DNA of 64,000 nt from an uncultured Alphaproteobacteria bacterium (GCA_963974445.1 CAXBDI010000001.1:3566-67565), one strand, 5' to 3'; positions 37,301-47,350 are shown, counted from the stretch's first letter. Made by a program: numbers and translations. Notes: generated by a model from the letters alone, not told the origin.

Positions 37301-38029
37301 TCAGGCCGCCAACGCGTTCTCCGGCAGAAAGACCGAGGGGGCGAGCGGGCCGAACTCCACATCGGAGTAGACGAGGGAGGTGATCTCGCCGCCGCGGCTG
37401 ATCGAAATCTGCCTGATAATTTTGCCGTCGAACGCTGCGTCGCGGTACTGCATCAACGCTGTCTTCAGGACCGTATCATCGACCGGCGTGCGCATTTCGA
37501 TGTTGACCGCGGTCCCGGTGGTGCGGTCGACGGTCAGAATGACCTTGTCATAGGTCGCCTGCCGCGAGCGCGCGACCAGCGTGAACACCAGCAGGTTACC
37601 TTCGCTCTGCGCGTCCGCAACCGAATAGTCGCTGGTCCAACGGTCCGACGCAATATCGCCGAGCGCCGCCGATCCCAGCAGATGCTCGCGTGGCGTCACT
37701 GGACGCACCAGCAACGCATCGGGATCGACAAACCACATATTGCGTCCGCGCCGCAGGATCCGCTGTCCGTTGGCGCGCGCCGGGCTGAGATACTCCGCCA
37801 GAAAATCGCCGCCTCGGGTCTGCACGAACAATGCCTCCGGAGCACCGCGCGGCGGCGTTATGGTCAGCGTCCAGGACACGCCACGCCGCGCGGCGCCCCG
37901 ATGCACGTCAGCGGCGGCCAAAACTGCCGAATGGTCGGATGCCGCCGACGCCCAGCCCGGTATTGCGGCGGTGGAGACCGCGCCGAGAGCTAGCCTGTGC
38001 AGCAATGTCCGTCGCCGCATGCCTGCCAT
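37301..38029 (-). CDS. Periplasmic LolA-like / outer-membrane lipoprotein-sorting-like protein with Tat-type signal
   Basis: ORF to 38068; ATG 38029 gives MAGMRRRTLLHRLALGAVSTAAIPGWASAA (twin-arginine signal); LolA-fold-like beta-rich sequence; adjacent to liv permease cluster. Confidence 0.45.
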   Translation of the reverse strand: MAGMRRRTLLHRLALGAVSTAAIPGWASAASDHSAVLAAADVHRGAARRGVSWTLTITPPRGAPEALFVQTRGGDFLAEYLSPARANGQRILRRGRNMWFVDPDALLVRPVTPREHLLGSAALGDIASDRWTSDYSVADAQSEGNLLVFTLVARSRQATYDKVILTVDRTTGTAVNIEMRTPVDDTVLKTALMQYRDAAFDGKIIRQISISRGGEITSLVYSDVEFGPLAPSVFLPENALAA

Positions 38030-38071
38030 CTTTCCTCCCCAGCCCGCCGGGCTTTGCAACCGCGGCACGCC

Positions 38072-38410
38072 TCAGTGCTCACGATAGGCGAACAAGCCGG
38101 CGCGCTCGTACAGCCACGGGTACTGGGTCACCATCATGTTGACCCTGGTCAGACGATAGGCGATCAGGGCGACGGCGATCAACACGGCCGCATCGATCAG
38201 ATAGCCCGATAGCAGCAACATGCGCCCATCGAACAGCGCATAGATGAAGAACCGCGTCGTCACCGCCATCAGCATGGCATAGCCGACCGCCTGCCAGGCA
38301 GGCCGCCAGGTGCGGGCGATGGCTTGCCCCATCATGAAGGCCGTGCCGCCCGCCAACACCACCGTAATGCCCAGGAAAACGTCCCAACGGGTGCCGAGCA
38401 AGGCTTCCAT
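38072..38410 (-). CDS. Small integral membrane protein (three predicted TM helices)
   Basis: 112 aa; start overlaps livF stop (ATGA-type coupling); hydrophobic helices; family unknown. Confidence 0.45.
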   Translation of the reverse strand: MEALLGTRWDVFLGITVVLAGGTAFMMGQAIARTWRPAWQAVGYAMLMAVTTRFFIYALFDGRMLLLSGYLIDAAVLIAVALIAYRLTRVNMMVTQYPWLYERAGLFAYREH

Positions 38411-39132
38411 CAGTGCCCTCCCTCCAGATAGGCGGCGCGGACCTCCGGGTTGGCCAGCAGCTCCTTGCCGGTGCCGGAAAGGGTGATGACGCCGTTCACC
38501 ATTACATAGCCCCGATGCGCCAGGCGCAGGGCGTGAAAGGCGTTTTGCTCGACCAGAAACACCGTCATGCCGCGCTCCTTATTGACGGCGCGGATGGCGT
38601 TGAAAATCTGCTTGACGATGATCGGCGCCAGGCCGAGCGACGGCTCGTCGAGCAGCAACAGCTTCGGCTCGCTCATTAGGGCACGGGCGATGGCCAGCAT
38701 CTGCTGCTCGCCGCCGGAGAGCGTGCCGCCGCGTTGCCCGCGCCGCTCGGCCAGCCGCGGGAACAGGCCGAATGCCGCGTCGAGGTTGGTCTGAAACCGG
38801 TCCTCCGGCGCGGTGATCGCGCCGAGTTGCAGGTTCTCGAACACCGTCATCTTGGGGAAAATCCGGCGGCCTTCGGGCGCGTGGGCAATGCCGCGGCGGA
38901 CGATGGCGAAGGTTTGCGCCGCCGTGATGTCTTCGCCCAGAAACCGCACCTTGCCGGACCGCGCCCGCGGGTTGCCGCAAATCGTCATCAGCAGGGTGGA
39001 CTTGCCGGCGCCGTTCGCACCAATGAGGGTGACGATCTCACCGGCGTTGACCGTCAGATCGACGCCATGCAGCGCCTGGATGTTGCCATAGAAGGTCTCG
39101 ACGCCTTCGATCTCCAGCATGGTGTCGGTCAT
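38410..39132 (-). CDS. livF: Branched-chain amino acid ABC transporter ATP-binding protein LivF
   Basis: Walker A GANGAGKST, signature LSGGEQQML, LivF-type length (240 aa). Confidence 0.85.
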   Translation of the reverse strand: MTDTMLEIEGVETFYGNIQALHGVDLTVNAGEIVTLIGANGAGKSTLLMTICGNPRARSGKVRFLGEDITAAQTFAIVRRGIAHAPEGRRIFPKMTVFENLQLGAITAPEDRFQTNLDAAFGLFPRLAERRGQRGGTLSGGEQQMLAIARALMSEPKLLLLDEPSLGLAPIIVKQIFNAIRAVNKERGMTVFLVEQNAFHALRLAHRGYVMVNGVITLSGTGKELLANPEVRAAYLEGGH

Positions 39133-39977
39133 GGCTGCATCTGTCCGTCGGGGTCGGGCAGATCGATGTCTTCCAGTTCGTCGTCATCGTCGGCGCCCAG
39201 ATAGGCACGGATGACGGCGGGGTCGTTGCGAACGACGTCGGGCGTGCCATCCGAAATCTTGCGGCCATAGTCGAGCACGACGATGCGGTCAGAAATTCCC
39301 ATGACGACGCTCATATCGTGTTCGATCAGCAGTATGCCGATGCCGTGCTCGTCGCGGATGCCTTGCAGCAGCAGGTTGAGATCGTAGCTCTCGCGCGGGT
39401 TCAGGCCGGCGGCCGGCTCGTCGAGGCAGAGCAGCGATGGGCGGGTGCACATCGCCCGCGCGATCTCCAGCCGCCGCTGGTCGCCATACGGCAACTCGCC
39501 GGCATCGGTATCGGCGCGCCGGGTCAGGCGCACCCGGTCCAGCCAATAGCGCGCCAACTCGACCGCCTCCCGCTCCGCCGCCCGGTAGGATGGCAGCCCG
39601 AACAGGCCCGCGAACGAGAATTTCGATGCCTGCATCAATTCCGTATGCTGCGCCACCAGCAGGTTCTCCAGCACGCTCATGCGCTGGAACAGCCGTATGT
39701 TCTGGAAGGTGCGGGCGACGCCGGCGTGGCGGGAAATGTCGAACCCCTCCATGCGCTCCAGCCAAAAATCGTGGCCGTCGCGGTGCAGGCCGAGACGCCC
39801 GACCGTCGGCTTGTAGAAGCCGGTCAGGCAGTTGAACACCGTAGTCTTGCCGGCGCCGTTCGGGCCGATAATGGCGGTGATCTGGCCGCTTTCGGCATCG
39901 AACGACAGGTCGTCGATGGCCGTCAGGCCGCCGAAGCGCATGGTCAAATGCTCGACGTTCAGCAGAGGGGCGCTCAT
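39129..39977 (-). CDS. livG: Branched-chain amino acid ABC transporter ATP-binding protein LivG
   Basis: Walker A GPNGAGKTT, LivG-specific C-terminal extension; 282 aa. Confidence 0.85.
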   Translation of the reverse strand: MSAPLLNVEHLTMRFGGLTAIDDLSFDAESGQITAIIGPNGAGKTTVFNCLTGFYKPTVGRLGLHRDGHDFWLERMEGFDISRHAGVARTFQNIRLFQRMSVLENLLVAQHTELMQASKFSFAGLFGLPSYRAAEREAVELARYWLDRVRLTRRADTDAGELPYGDQRRLEIARAMCTRPSLLCLDEPAAGLNPRESYDLNLLLQGIRDEHGIGILLIEHDMSVVMGISDRIVVLDYGRKISDGTPDVVRNDPAVIRAYLGADDDDELEDIDLPDPDGQMQP

Positions 39978-41251
39978 GGCGTCACGCCCTGCTTACTGTA
40001 CTTGCCCTCGTTCAGCTTGATCGTCGGATTGCGCCGGCTCAACAGACCGCGCGGCCGCCAGACCATGATCAGCACCATGCCGGCACCGAAGAACAACATG
40101 CGGTATTCCTGCAATCCGCGGAACCACTCCGGCAGGCCGATCATCACGATGGCGGCGATGACCACGCCGACCTGGCTGCCCATGCCACCCAGGACGACGA
40201 TGGCCAGGATGATGGCGCTTTCGATGAAGGTGAAGCTTTCCGGGCTGATGAAGCCCTGGCGCGTCGCGAAGAACGCGCCGGCAAAGCCGCCGAACATCGC
40301 GCCGATGGCGAAGGCCGACAGCTTGACCGTCGTCGGGTTCAACCCCAACGCCCGGCTGGCGATCTCATCCTCGCGCAGTGCCTCCCACGCCCGGCCAATC
40401 GGCAGGCGGCGCAACCGCAACGTCACCCAGTTGGTGATCAGCGCCAGGATCAGGATGAGATAGTAGAGAAAGATCAGCCGGTGCATCGACGAGTATTCCA
40501 GGCCGAAAAACTCGTGGAACGCCGGATCGCCGCCGCGGGAAAACTCCAGCCCGAACAATTCGGGCCGCGGAATGCCGGAAATGCCGTCCGGCCCGCCAGT
40601 GACCTGATACCAGTTCAGCAGGATAATGCGGACCATCTCGCCAAAGCCGAGGGTGACGATGGCCAGATAGTCGCCGCGCAGGCGCAGCACCGGAAATCCC
40701 AGGATCACGCCGAAAGCGCACGCGAACAGACCGGCGAACGGCAGCGCCATCCAGAAGCTGAAGTCCGCGTGCATGGCCAGCATGACGAACGAGTACGCGC
40801 CGATGGCATAGAATGCGACATAGCCAAGGTCGAGCAGTCCGGCCAGCCCGACAACGATGTTCAGGCCCCAGCCCAGCATCACATAGATCAGCACCAGCGT
40901 CGCCAGATCGACCACGGTGCGGTTGGCAAACGGCAGAAATGGCATGACGACCGCGAATGCGATAGCCGCCAGAGCGATCCATGGCATCACGGTATGGAAG
41001 CCCTCGCCCAGGAACGAGACGCCACGCGTGGCGACATTGCCGCTGCCGGCACCCTTACGCGTCCGCCAGGCGATCAGACCCAGCCGGCCGGCGAACACGG
41101 CGACACCGATGCCGGCGACCCACAGCATGCGGGTGTCGAGGGCCAGTCCGTTGCCGGTCTCTACCGTCTGAAAACCGACCAGCGGGATCGCCAACAGGAT
41201 CGCCAGGAAGGCGGTGATGCCGGCTTCCTTCAGCGCGCTCTCGCCCGGCAT
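39974..41251 (-). CDS. livM: Branched-chain amino acid ABC transporter permease LivM
   Basis: ORF to 41620, but first 123 codons are Arg/Gly-rich; ATG 41251 (MPGESALKEAGITAFLAILLAIPLVGF…) overlaps livH stop (ATGA); 425-aa permease. Confidence 0.85.
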   Translation of the reverse strand: MPGESALKEAGITAFLAILLAIPLVGFQTVETGNGLALDTRMLWVAGIGVAVFAGRLGLIAWRTRKGAGSGNVATRGVSFLGEGFHTVMPWIALAAIAFAVVMPFLPFANRTVVDLATLVLIYVMLGWGLNIVVGLAGLLDLGYVAFYAIGAYSFVMLAMHADFSFWMALPFAGLFACAFGVILGFPVLRLRGDYLAIVTLGFGEMVRIILLNWYQVTGGPDGISGIPRPELFGLEFSRGGDPAFHEFFGLEYSSMHRLIFLYYLILILALITNWVTLRLRRLPIGRAWEALREDEIASRALGLNPTTVKLSAFAIGAMFGGFAGAFFATRQGFISPESFTFIESAIILAIVVLGGMGSQVGVVIAAIVMIGLPEWFRGLQEYRMLFFGAGMVLIMVWRPRGLLSRRNPTIKLNEGKYSKQGVTP

Positions 41252-42165
41252 CAGACCTTCTCCACTTCCGGGCGGCCCAGCAGGCCGGTCGGCCGGAACA
41301 GCAGCACCAGCACCAGGATGGCGAAGGCGGCGACGTCTTTGTATTCCGTGGTGAAGTAGCCGGCCCAGAACGCCTCGATCAGGCCGATCAGCAGCCCGCC
41401 CAGCATGGCGCCCGGCAGGGAGCCGATGCCGCCCAGCACCGCCGCCGTGAAGGCTTTCAAGCCCGCGAGGAAGCCGATGAAAAAGTCGATGACGCCATAA
41501 TAGAGCAGGAACATCATGCCGGCGATCGCCGCCAGCCCGGCGCCGGTGACAAAGGTTAGGGAGATGGTGCGGTCGACATCCACCCCCAGCAGCCCGGCCA
41601 TGGTGCGGTCCTGCTCGCACGCCCGTTGCGAGCGGCCGAAACTGGAGCGCTCGATCAGCATCCAGAACGCCACCATCAGCGCCAGCGTCAATCCTACGAT
41701 CAGCATTTGCATGTAGGATAGCACGACGGTGAAGCCGTCCCGCTCCATCAACACCACGCCGCCGGAGATGATCGGTTGCAGCGTCTTCACCCGCGCGCCC
41801 TGCAGCAATTGCACATAGTTCTGCAGGAAGATCGACATGCCGATGGCGCTGATCAGCGGCGCCAGCCGGAACGAGCCGCGCAACGGCCGGTAGGCCAGCC
41901 GCTCCACCGTCCAGCCATAGGCGGCAGTGAAGATCATCGATGTGGCCAGCATGATCAGCAGCAGCAGCGGTACGAACGCGATGCCGGTCGCCGTCACCGC
42001 CAAAAAGGCGATCAGGGCGACGAACGCGCCGATCATGAACACCTCGCCATGGGCAAAGTTGATCATGCCGATAATGCCGTAGACCATGGTGTAGCCGATG
42101 GCGATCAGTCCATAGATCGATCCCAGCGTCAGCCCATTGATCAACTGTTGCGCAAAATACTCCAT
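41251..42165 (-). CDS. livH: Branched-chain amino acid ABC transporter permease LivH
   Basis: 304 aa, MEYFAQQLINGLTLGSIYGLIAIGYTMVYGIIGMINFAHGE… LivH-type N-terminus. Confidence 0.85.
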   Translation of the reverse strand: MEYFAQQLINGLTLGSIYGLIAIGYTMVYGIIGMINFAHGEVFMIGAFVALIAFLAVTATGIAFVPLLLLIMLATSMIFTAAYGWTVERLAYRPLRGSFRLAPLISAIGMSIFLQNYVQLLQGARVKTLQPIISGGVVLMERDGFTVVLSYMQMLIVGLTLALMVAFWMLIERSSFGRSQRACEQDRTMAGLLGVDVDRTISLTFVTGAGLAAIAGMMFLLYYGVIDFFIGFLAGLKAFTAAVLGGIGSLPGAMLGGLLIGLIEAFWAGYFTTEYKDVAAFAILVLVLLFRPTGLLGRPEVEKV

Positions 42166-42420
42166 GGAGCCTTGCGATCCTGTTCTGTATGTGACGGGGC
42201 CGTCGAGGGCCGGATGTTAGTCGGCCGCCGCAACCCTTCTCGATACCGGTGATCCATTAAAGCCTATGGCTGTGCTCCGAAACAGAAAAACAATCGACAC
42301 ACCGCCGTCACGCGCCGGGCTGAGCAAGCCGCCGCACGATATTGTGACCGGATACCCCATACCGTTGCCACCAACCCCTCCCATTTTCAAACCTCGACTA
42401 TTCAAGAGGATCACCCGAGA

Positions 42421-42677
42421 TATGCGGTTACGGCAATTGGCTTTGACGGCGGCTGCCCTGCTTCTGAGCGGGCCGGCGCTCGCCCAGGCGGATGGTTTGA
42501 AGACGGCGGTACGCCGATTGTCGAGGCCAGCACCTTCTATCCGGCAGAAGGCTATCACCAGGACTATTACGTTAAGAACCCGCTCAGTTATCGCTACTAT
42601 CGCTGGGGTTGCGGCCGCAACCAGCGGGTCGAGGAGTTGTGGGGCGAGGCGGCCTATACCGGCATCCCGAATCATTG
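42421..42677 (+). pseudogene. msrA: Remnant of peptide-methionine (S)-S-oxide reductase MsrA (signal peptide fused out of frame to C-terminal ~60 codons)
   Basis: ATG 42421 with strong RBS (AAGAGGA) encodes signal peptide MRLRQLALTAAALLLSGPALAQADG; a different frame from ~42500 encodes …GGTPIVEASTFYPAEGYHQDYYVKNPLSYRYYRWGCGR…*, the conserved MsrA C-terminus; the catalytic N-terminal region (GCFWG) is absent. Confidence 0.4.
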
Positions 42678-42807
42678 ACTCTAGCCAGCCGACTAAAGTG
42701 CTAGCGGCCCGGCGCTCTGTGAGTGGCTTTGCAGCGCGAAATCCGGCTATAGTGCGTGGCTGAAACCCAATTCTTGGACAACGTTCCAACCGGAAGGCAT
42801 CGCCACT

Positions 42808-44037
42808 ATGAACCAGACTGTACAAGCACCGGCTCCCACCGCATCCGGGAAATCCGCGTCGAAATTGCCGCCATTCGACTGGGCCGATCCGCTGATGCTC
42901 TATGGCGGGCTCTCCGAAGACGAGCGCATGACATACGACATGGCCAAGCGCTTCGCCGATGAGGAATTGCTGCCGGGCGTGCTGGAGGCGAACCGCAACC
43001 AGACCTTCGACCGTGGTATTTACAAGAAATTCGGCCAAGCTGGCTTCTTGGGAATCGGGTTGGAGGGCTATGGCTGCCCCGGCGGCACCGCCGTCATGTA
43101 CGGCCTGGTCGCCCGCGCGATTGAGGGCTGCGACAGCGCCTATCGCAGCGCCATGAGCGTGCAGTCGTCACTGGTGATGTATCCGATCTACACCTACGGC
43201 ACCGAAGACCAGAAGAACCGCTTTCTGCCGAAGTTGGCGAGCGGCGAGTTCGTCGGCGCGTTCGGCCTGACCGAGCCGGACCACGGCTCCGACGCTGGCG
43301 GCCTGAAAACCCGGGCGAAGAAGGTGGACGGCGGCTGGCAGTTGAACGGCGCCAAGATGTGGATCACCTCCTCGCCCATCGCCGACGTGTTCGTCATCTG
43401 GGCCAAGGACGACAACAACGACATCCGCGGCTATATCGTCGAACGCGGCATGGAGGGCCTGTCGACGCCGAAGATCGAAGGCAAGTTCTCGCTGCGCGCC
43501 TCGCCGACCGGCGAGATCGTCATGGACAACGTGTTCGTGCCCGATGCGAACTACATGCCGAACACAAAAGGCCTGGGCGGGCCGTTCGGTTGCCTGAACA
43601 AGGCGCGCTACGGCATTTCCTGGGGCGCGATGGGTGCGGCTGAAAGCTGCTTCCATGCCTCCCGCGAATACACCATGGACCGCAAGGCGTTCGGCCGGCC
43701 GCTCGCTGCCAACCAGTTGATCCAGAAGAAACTGGCGGACATGCTGACGGAGATCACGCTGGGGCTGCAAGCCTCGTTGCAACTCGGCCGCCTGATGGAC
43801 GAGGGCGCCGCGGCGCCGGCGGCGATCAGCCTCGTGAAGCGCAACAATTGCTGCAAGGCGCTGGATATCGCCCGGGTCGCCCGCGACATGCATGGCGGCA
43901 ACGGCATCCACGACGAATACCACGTCATCCGCCACATGATGAACCTGGAAGCTGTCAACACCTACGAGGGCACCCAAGACGTGCATGCCCTGATCCTTGG
44001 CCGCGCCATCACCGGCATGCAGGCGTTCGGCGGGTAA
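42808..44037 (+). CDS. gcdH: Glutaryl-CoA dehydrogenase
   Basis: 409 aa; acyl-CoA dehydrogenase fold with GcdH-type motifs (…[19 protein letters not shown]…, …[18 protein letters not shown]…). Confidence 0.85.
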   Translation: MNQTVQAPAPTASGKSASKLPPFDWADPLMLYGGLSEDERMTYDMAKRFADEELLPGVLEANRNQTFDRGIYKKFGQAGFLGIGLEGYGCPGGTAVMYGLVARAIEGCDSAYRSAMSVQSSLVMYPIYTYGTEDQKNRFLPKLASGEFVGAFGLTEPDHGSDAGGLKTRAKKVDGGWQLNGAKMWITSSPIADVFVIWAKDDNNDIRGYIVERGMEGLSTPKIEGKFSLRASPTGEIVMDNVFVPDANYMPNTKGLGGPFGCLNKARYGISWGAMGAAESCFHASREYTMDRKAFGRPLAANQLIQKKLADMLTEITLGLQASLQLGRLMDEGAAAPAAISLVKRNNCCKALDIARVARDMHGGNGIHDEYHVIRHMMNLEAVNTYEGTQDVHALILGRAITGMQAFGG

Positions 44038-44074
44038 AGAGGGAAGCGGCGGCGTCTCGAACGCTGCCCGTTGT

Positions 44075-45628
44075 TCAGGGGCGCAGGCCGAAGCGGCGCT
44101 CGCCGGGGGTGCGCAACGGCGCTGCCAGGTTTGCGAACTCCTCCAGCAGGCCGCGGGTCTTGCGCGGGTCGATGATTTCCTCGATCCAGAAAGCCTCCGC
44201 TGTGCGGAATGGTGAGCGCATTTTTTCGAGCCGCTCCTGAATGGCCGCCAACTCGGCCGCCGGGTCGTCGGCGGCGTTGACCTCCGCCCGGTAGGCCGCT
44301 TCGATACCGCCTTCCAGGGGCAACGAGCCCCAGAATCCGCTGGGCCAGGCATAGCGCATTGCCAGCCGCCCGACCGGCACATGCGCACCGCCGGCGACGC
44401 CGAAGGCGTTGCGCACGACGATGGCGCACCAGGGCGTCGTCGATTGGTTGATCGCCGCCATCGCCCGCACGCCATGGCGGATCGTGCCAGCCTCCTCCGC
44501 CTCCTTGCCGATCAGGAATCCGGGGCAGTCCGCCAGATAGATCACCGGCAGGTGAAATGTCTCGGCCAAGTCTACATGGCGCACGATCTTCTGGCAGGCG
44601 TCCGAGGTCCAGGCGCCGCCGTAGTGATAGGGGTCGCTCGCCAGGATGGCGACCGGCCAGCCGTCGATCCGGGCCAGGCCGGCGATGATCGAGCGGCCAA
44701 AGTTCGGCGCGATCTCAAAGAAAGTGCCCTCGTCGACCATCCGGGTGATGATCGGGCGCATGCGGTAGGCCTGCCGCCGGGCCTTCGGCACCGCCTGCAT
44801 TAGCGGCTCCTGATCGAGGGCCGGGATCGGTTCGGCCCGCGGTGGCGCCTCGTAGACTGAATTCGGCAGGTAGGAGAGGAAGCGCCGCGCGGCCTCGAAC
44901 GCCTCCGCCTCGTCGGCGACCGCGTTGTCAACGCCGCCGGCCCGCGTCTGTACGCGCCAGCCGCCCAACTCGGTCTTCGAGAGGTCCTGGCCGATACCCT
45001 TCACCACCGGCGGTCCGGCGACGAACATCGCCGAGGTGTCCTTGGTCATCACCGAGAAATGGCTGGCCGCCACCCGCGCCGCGCCCAGGCCCGCCACCGA
45101 GCCGAGGCCGAGCGCCACCACCGGCACCGTCGCCAGATTGGCGGCGACCAAATCGAAACGGCTGGAGGTGCCTTGCCCGCCCGGCAGGTTGGCCCGGCCC
45201 GTGGTCTCGATGGTACGCACCGAGCCGCCGCCGCCGGAGCCCTCGATCATGCGGATGATCGGCAGCCGCAACTCGTTCGCCATTTGCTCGGCAAGCTGCG
45301 GCTTGGCCTTGATCGTCGCATCGGCGGAGCCGCCGCGCACGGTGAAGTCGTCGCCGCACACAACCACCGGGCGACCGTTGATCTTGGCCCGCCCGAACAC
45401 GCAGTTGGAGGCCGTGAGGTGGACCAGATCATTGTTCGCGTCGTATTCCGCCTTGCCGGCAATGGCGCCGAGCTCGTGGAAGGAGCCGGGATCGGCCAGT
45501 TGATCCACCCGCTCGCGCACCGTCAGGCGGCCGCCATCGTGCTGGCGTTTGATCTTGTCGGCGCCGCCCATTTGCCGGGCCATGGCCTCACGCCGCGCAA
45601 GTTCGTCCAGTTCTGGCTGCCAGGTCAT
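44075..45628 (-). CDS. Acyl-CoA carboxylase carboxyltransferase subunit (PccB/MccB family)
   Basis: 517 aa; two crotonase-like carboxyltransferase halves (…IEGSGGGGSVRTIE…, …GGAWTSDACQKIVRHVDLAETFHLPVIYLADCPGFLIG…). Confidence 0.75.
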   Translation of the reverse strand: MTWQPELDELARREAMARQMGGADKIKRQHDGGRLTVRERVDQLADPGSFHELGAIAGKAEYDANNDLVHLTASNCVFGRAKINGRPVVVCGDDFTVRGGSADATIKAKPQLAEQMANELRLPIIRMIEGSGGGGSVRTIETTGRANLPGGQGTSSRFDLVAANLATVPVVALGLGSVAGLGAARVAASHFSVMTKDTSAMFVAGPPVVKGIGQDLSKTELGGWRVQTRAGGVDNAVADEAEAFEAARRFLSYLPNSVYEAPPRAEPIPALDQEPLMQAVPKARRQAYRMRPIITRMVDEGTFFEIAPNFGRSIIAGLARIDGWPVAILASDPYHYGGAWTSDACQKIVRHVDLAETFHLPVIYLADCPGFLIGKEAEEAGTIRHGVRAMAAINQSTTPWCAIVVRNAFGVAGGAHVPVGRLAMRYAWPSGFWGSLPLEGGIEAAYRAEVNAADDPAAELAAIQERLEKMRSPFRTAEAFWIEEIIDPRKTRGLLEEFANLAAPLRTPGERRFGLRP

Positions 45629-45886
45629 AAAGTGCGGTCCCGCTGCAATAAGGTGAAGTCGATGGCCATTTTAGATGGCTCAAGGCGTTACACCAGATCA
45701 TTTTGCCCAGCCATGCGGCAAGTGCATAGCTGGGCGGCGATAATTGCTCTCCAATTGAGCGGCAATTCTGTCATTGTTAAATTGCGTTGTCGGTTGACGG
45801 CAGCGTTGTTCGGTGATCTGCGCTGCTTCTTGCGGCTCTCGATCCGGACGCGTCTCCCAGACGTTAAGCCTCCCTGTTCTGACTTC

Positions 45887-45927
45887 GCCGGGCCTCTTGC
45901 ATAAGAGGTCCGGCCTTTTCTTTTTGG
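45887..45927 (+). terminator. Rho-independent-like terminator in the pgi leader
   Basis: GCCGGGCCTCTTgcatAAGAGGTCCGGCC imperfect hairpin followed by TTTTCTTTTTGGGG, ~100 bp upstream of pgi start and 260 bp downstream of a divergent gene start. Confidence 0.35.
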
Positions 45928-46027
45928 GGATGGGCCCGCAGCGGCGAACCTCTCCGCCGACGTGCGCGCGAATCGGTAGTATGATAAGCTCATAATATCA
46001 TAGCCCGCGATAGCCGAACCAACGAGG

Positions 46028-47341
46028 ATGCCGCCGACAATGTACACGCAGACCATTGACGGTTGTATGGCTGACGTCATCGGCGACGCCGGATTGACGC
46101 CCGCCCAGCTAAACGAATGGCTCGCCAAGGCGGATTGGGGCCTCGGCCTGTTGCGCAAGGGCCACCGCGACGGTTCTCTGCCGCTGGTGCTGCTGCCGGA
46201 ACGGCGCGACGATGTTCCGATGATCGAAGATCGGGCCTCCCATCACCGCGAGCGGGCGGACACGGTCGTTGTCTTGGGAACCGGCGGCTCCAGTCTGGGC
46301 GGACAGGCGCTGTATTCGCTGGCCGATGCCGGCTTCGGGCCGAGCGGCGATTCTCCGCGCATCGTCTTTCTCGACAATATCGATCCGCACACCTTCGACC
46401 ATCTGTTCCGCAGCGTCGACCTGGCGCGAACCGACTTCATCGTCATCTCGAAGTCCGGCGGTACCGCTGAAACCTTGGCGCAGGCGATTGTCTGTATCGA
46501 GGCCCTGCTGGAAGGTGAGGACGAAGCCAATATCGGCGACCATTTCACCGTGATTACCGAGCCGAAACCGTCGCCACTCTCCACGTTGGCGCAGCACTAC
46601 GGCATGGCTGTCCTGCCGCACGACCGTGGCATAGGCGGGCGCTATTCTGCTCTCTCCGTCGTGGGGCTGTTGCCGGCGGCGATAGCCGGGCTGGACCCTG
46701 TCAATATCCGCTCCGGCGCGGAATCGGTGGTGGCCGATATCCTGTCGGGCGACCGCTGCCCCGCGGCCCTTGGCGCGGCGGTGCAGTGCGGGCTGACAAA
46801 GGTTAGCGGCGTCACCGCCTCCATTCTGATGCCGTACAGCGACCGGCTGGCGGCGCTTGGCCTCTGGTATCGCCAATTGTGGGCCGAATCGCTGGGCAAG
46901 AATGGCGAAGGCACGCTGCCGGTGCGGGCTGTCGGGGCCGTCGATCAGCACAGCCAGCTTCAGCTTTATCTGGACGGGCCGCGCGACAAGCTGTTTTCCG
47001 TCGTGCAAGGCCCCGTCGCCGGCACGGGGCGGGTGATGCGCGCCGCGTTGGCGGGTGACAAGGGCGACCTCGGCTACCTCGACGGGCGCAGCATGGGCGA
47101 CCTGTTCGATGTTATGCAGCGCGCGACACCGGACACGCTGATCAAGAATGGCTGTCCAACCCGTATCCTGTCGCTGGATCGGGTGGACGAGGATGGGCTG
47201 GGCGCTTTGCTGATGCATTTCATGGCGGAAACGATCATCGCCGCCGGCATGCTGGGCGTCGATCCCTTCGACCAGCCGGCGGTGGAGCAGGGCAAGGTGT
47301 TGGCGCGTCAATACCTCGGCGAGATTGCGCCGCGCCGGTAA
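46028..47341 (+). CDS. pgi: Glucose-6-phosphate isomerase (short bacterial type)
   Basis: 437 aa; SIS-domain motifs …VVLGTGGSSLGGQAL… and …GGRYSALSVVGL… matching the PGI signature GG[RK]YS. Confidence 0.7.
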   Translation: MPPTMYTQTIDGCMADVIGDAGLTPAQLNEWLAKADWGLGLLRKGHRDGSLPLVLLPERRDDVPMIEDRASHHRERADTVVVLGTGGSSLGGQALYSLADAGFGPSGDSPRIVFLDNIDPHTFDHLFRSVDLARTDFIVISKSGGTAETLAQAIVCIEALLEGEDEANIGDHFTVITEPKPSPLSTLAQHYGMAVLPHDRGIGGRYSALSVVGLLPAAIAGLDPVNIRSGAESVVADILSGDRCPAALGAAVQCGLTKVSGVTASILMPYSDRLAALGLWYRQLWAESLGKNGEGTLPVRAVGAVDQHSQLQLYLDGPRDKLFSVVQGPVAGTGRVMRAALAGDKGDLGYLDGRSMGDLFDVMQRATPDTLIKNGCPTRILSLDRVDEDGLGALLMHFMAETIIAAGMLGVDPFDQPAVEQGKVLARQYLGEIAPRR

Positions 47342-47350
47342 GGTTCGCAT

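Noticed and set aside
39318-40463. 381-aa plus-strand ORF antisense to livG/livM
   Set aside because: Antisense shadow ORF; His/Arg/Gln-rich.
42266-42763. 165-aa plus-strand ORF as an intact gene
   Set aside because: Only the first ~25 codons (signal peptide from ATG 42421) look genuine; the remainder is Arg/Thr/Ser-rich read-through over the out-of-frame msrA remnant.
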